A stretch of 64,000 nucleotides of DNA, from assembly GCA_036785375.1 (NCBI GenBank), contig JAWMAR010000029.1:9920001-9984000 (forward strand), in the 5' to 3' direction. The translations under genes were made by a program, and so were the position numbers. Of this stretch, positions 61,895 through 64,000 are shown one piece after another; within the stretch, counting starts at the first letter, position 1; each line of letters opens with the position of its first letter. Below the pieces are notes generated by a model. That model had not been told where the DNA came from, ran no database searches, and worked only from the letters and a program-made list of their open reading frames with translations. Origin of the DNA: Leucoraja ocellata. Taxonomy: Eukaryota.

Positions 61895-63916
61895 CTGCAA
61901 ACAGATCAGACACGTAGAGGGTTTAGTTTAGTTTATAGATACAGCATTGGAACAGGCCCTTCAGCTTACCGAGTCCACACTGATCTTTAATCACCCGGTC
62001 ATGCTAGTCTTATGTTGCTCACTATCTCATTCACTCCCTTCACCATGGGGGCAATTTTACAGATGCTAATTTACTTGCCATCCTTTGGAATGTGGGAGGA
62101 GAGCCAAGCACTTGGTGGAAATCCATGCGGTCACAGGGAGAACATGCAAACTCCACACTGACAGCATGATCAAACCGAAGTTCTCTGTAACAATATGAAT
62201 GAGGACACTGATGCGTCACTGTGCTGCCAATAGTGAACCACCTGCGGGCTCATCTTTCAATCACCGCAGGACAGGTAAACTATGTGCTGTGAATAGGAAC
62301 AAGGTCAGACCACAGGTGGAAATGGCTGACTTTCTGGCTGCAAAGCTAAAGGTGAAGAGATTCAGCAAAAACTTGCAAATGATGATCCCACAAATGGGAC
62401 ATTTTTACTTGGCATTTGGAATGGCTTGAAGCTTTGTCCTTTAACTTCAATGAAAAATAAATCACAAATAGAAACTATGGACATTTGGAGAAAGGTCTTG
62501 ACCCACATCGCATGCTGAGTTACTGCAGCATTGTGTCCTTTTGTTTATTAACCAGCAACTGCAGTTCTTTATCACTATTATATTATGGACATGTCTCTTG
62601 CTTTCTGAAGTTGCCGAGTGGAAGCCAGATCCACTGGGTTGTGAGTTGTGGAGAACCTGGCTTTGTACAGCTGCCCCACCATGCATATCTGGACAGCGCT
62701 CTCACAGGAGCAGTGTGCTCTATACACAGGCCTCTCAGGAGAAACCATGTCCTACAGGAGAACCTGCTCCTTCAGTCGGCCACAGGCCAACACTGGGCAC
62801 CCCGACTCAGGAGGCTGCCCTCTGTTTACTTACTGACCCTTCCTCAGGCTTCCACCACCCTCTTTAGCAGACATCTGGGCAGATATATGGGTAGGAAGGG
62901 TTTTGAGGGCGATGGGTAAGTGCAGGCAAATGGGACTACCCCAGTATGCCAATTAGGTTGGCTTGGGCATGATGGACTGAAGGGCATGTTTCTGTGCAGT
63001 ACTCTACGACTCCATGATCCTCTCCTACGAACCTCCAACACTCCGAGGCTGTGGTCCCTGACCACCGGATCCAGCCCCTGCTGATTACCTGACAACATGC
63101 TGTATCAATAACACAACTAGATCTCCTCCCCAACCTCACCATTGATCGTTGGGAGCTGACTCTTGTCCCTAGCACCTGCCCATGCACAATGTTCATCAAC
63201 ATTGTCCCCACCTCCACATCCTTCTCTCCAGATCCTCTCCCAAGCACCCAAAGCAACCCCTTTGTTTTTAGGTCTGAAGAAAGGTTTCAGCCCGAAACGT
63301 TGCCTATTCCTTCGCTCCATAGATGCTGCCGCACCCGTTGAGTTTCTCCAGCAATTTTGTCTACCCCCTTGTTTTTAGTCGGGCTGCCTCTCTGAGGAGC
63401 TCTCTGCCTGGTTCTGCCCAACATTCTCCACATGGGAAGGATAGGTTGTCCTTTGTGTAAGTACCCACCTTTGGGTTCCCTTGTGTGCTTTGTGTTCACA
63501 GTGCATTGAGTTGAAGAGTTGGATAGCACAGAAACCAACCCTTCAGCCCACCACTTTGTCCGTCTACACCCACCCCGTGTATCTGCATTGAACCACATCC
63601 TTCTATGCTGTGTCTATTTCATGTCTGTCCAAATGCTACTTAAATACAATGATTGTATCTGAGCTGTGAGGGGAAGTGGTGGAGGCAGGAACTGTAACTA
63701 GGTTTCAAAGGCATCCGGACAGGTCTAGTCTAGAGATACAATGTGGAAACAGGCCCTCCGGCCCACCAAGTCTGCACAGACCAACAATCTAATGTAAGAA
63801 TCTTCAAGTCCCGGTTCTCTGAGGATGGACATTCTGTATCTTCCCTGTTAAATACAATTTCCAATGAATGCATTGCAGCAAAATCCAAAATGGAAGAGAA
63901 TGAGAATTATAATCAC

Positions 63917-64000
63917 CTTGAAGTTTTGATCAATAATAAAATCACAGCCCATGAGGTCAAAGAAGCCCAGTTTGCATTCCAGTTTGTACTTGGCACTATT
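63917..64000 (-). CDS. TTLL10: TTLL10, internal exon (partial, runs off window end)
   Basis: Encodes NSAKYKLECKLGFFDLMGCDFIIDQNFK, then AAG|GTGATT in phase 0. Matches TTLL10 KLDCKLGYFDLIGCDFLID. Confidence 0.92.

Overview
This is repeat-rich vertebrate genomic DNA. The V-SINE/HE1-like SINEs and HER1/CR1 LINE tails suggest a cartilaginous fish such as a skate or ray (inference). There are two assembly gaps, at 23582-23745 and 47428-47618. Most ORFs in the supplied track are repeat-derived or spurious. Manual splicing (GT-AG junctions, phase checks) gives four genes, all on the minus strand. (1) The 3' end of TTLL10: three exons, 64000 down to 61174. (2) A complete 12-exon, ~372-aa tandem-PH-domain gene of the PLEKHN1/PIX-PH type, 54494 to 36364. 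(3) A complete 7-exon, 265-aa co-stimulatory TNF receptor of the TNFRSF4/9/18 group, 27815 to 15016. (4) The 5' part of a TNFRSF14 (HVEM)-like receptor, 6091 (or 8746) to 281, continuing off the window. Introns are filled with CR1, Rex1/Babar and Penelope retroelements, tRNA-SINEs, Harbinger, hAT and P-like MITEs, a decayed hAT transposon and minisatellites. The most notable non-coding signal is a family of more than 20 short Penelope-derived elements carrying a minimal hammerhead-ribozyme core; many are self-inverted and flanked by 10-16 bp target-site duplications. All gene models are hand-spliced and need RNA-seq confirmation. No database search could be run.
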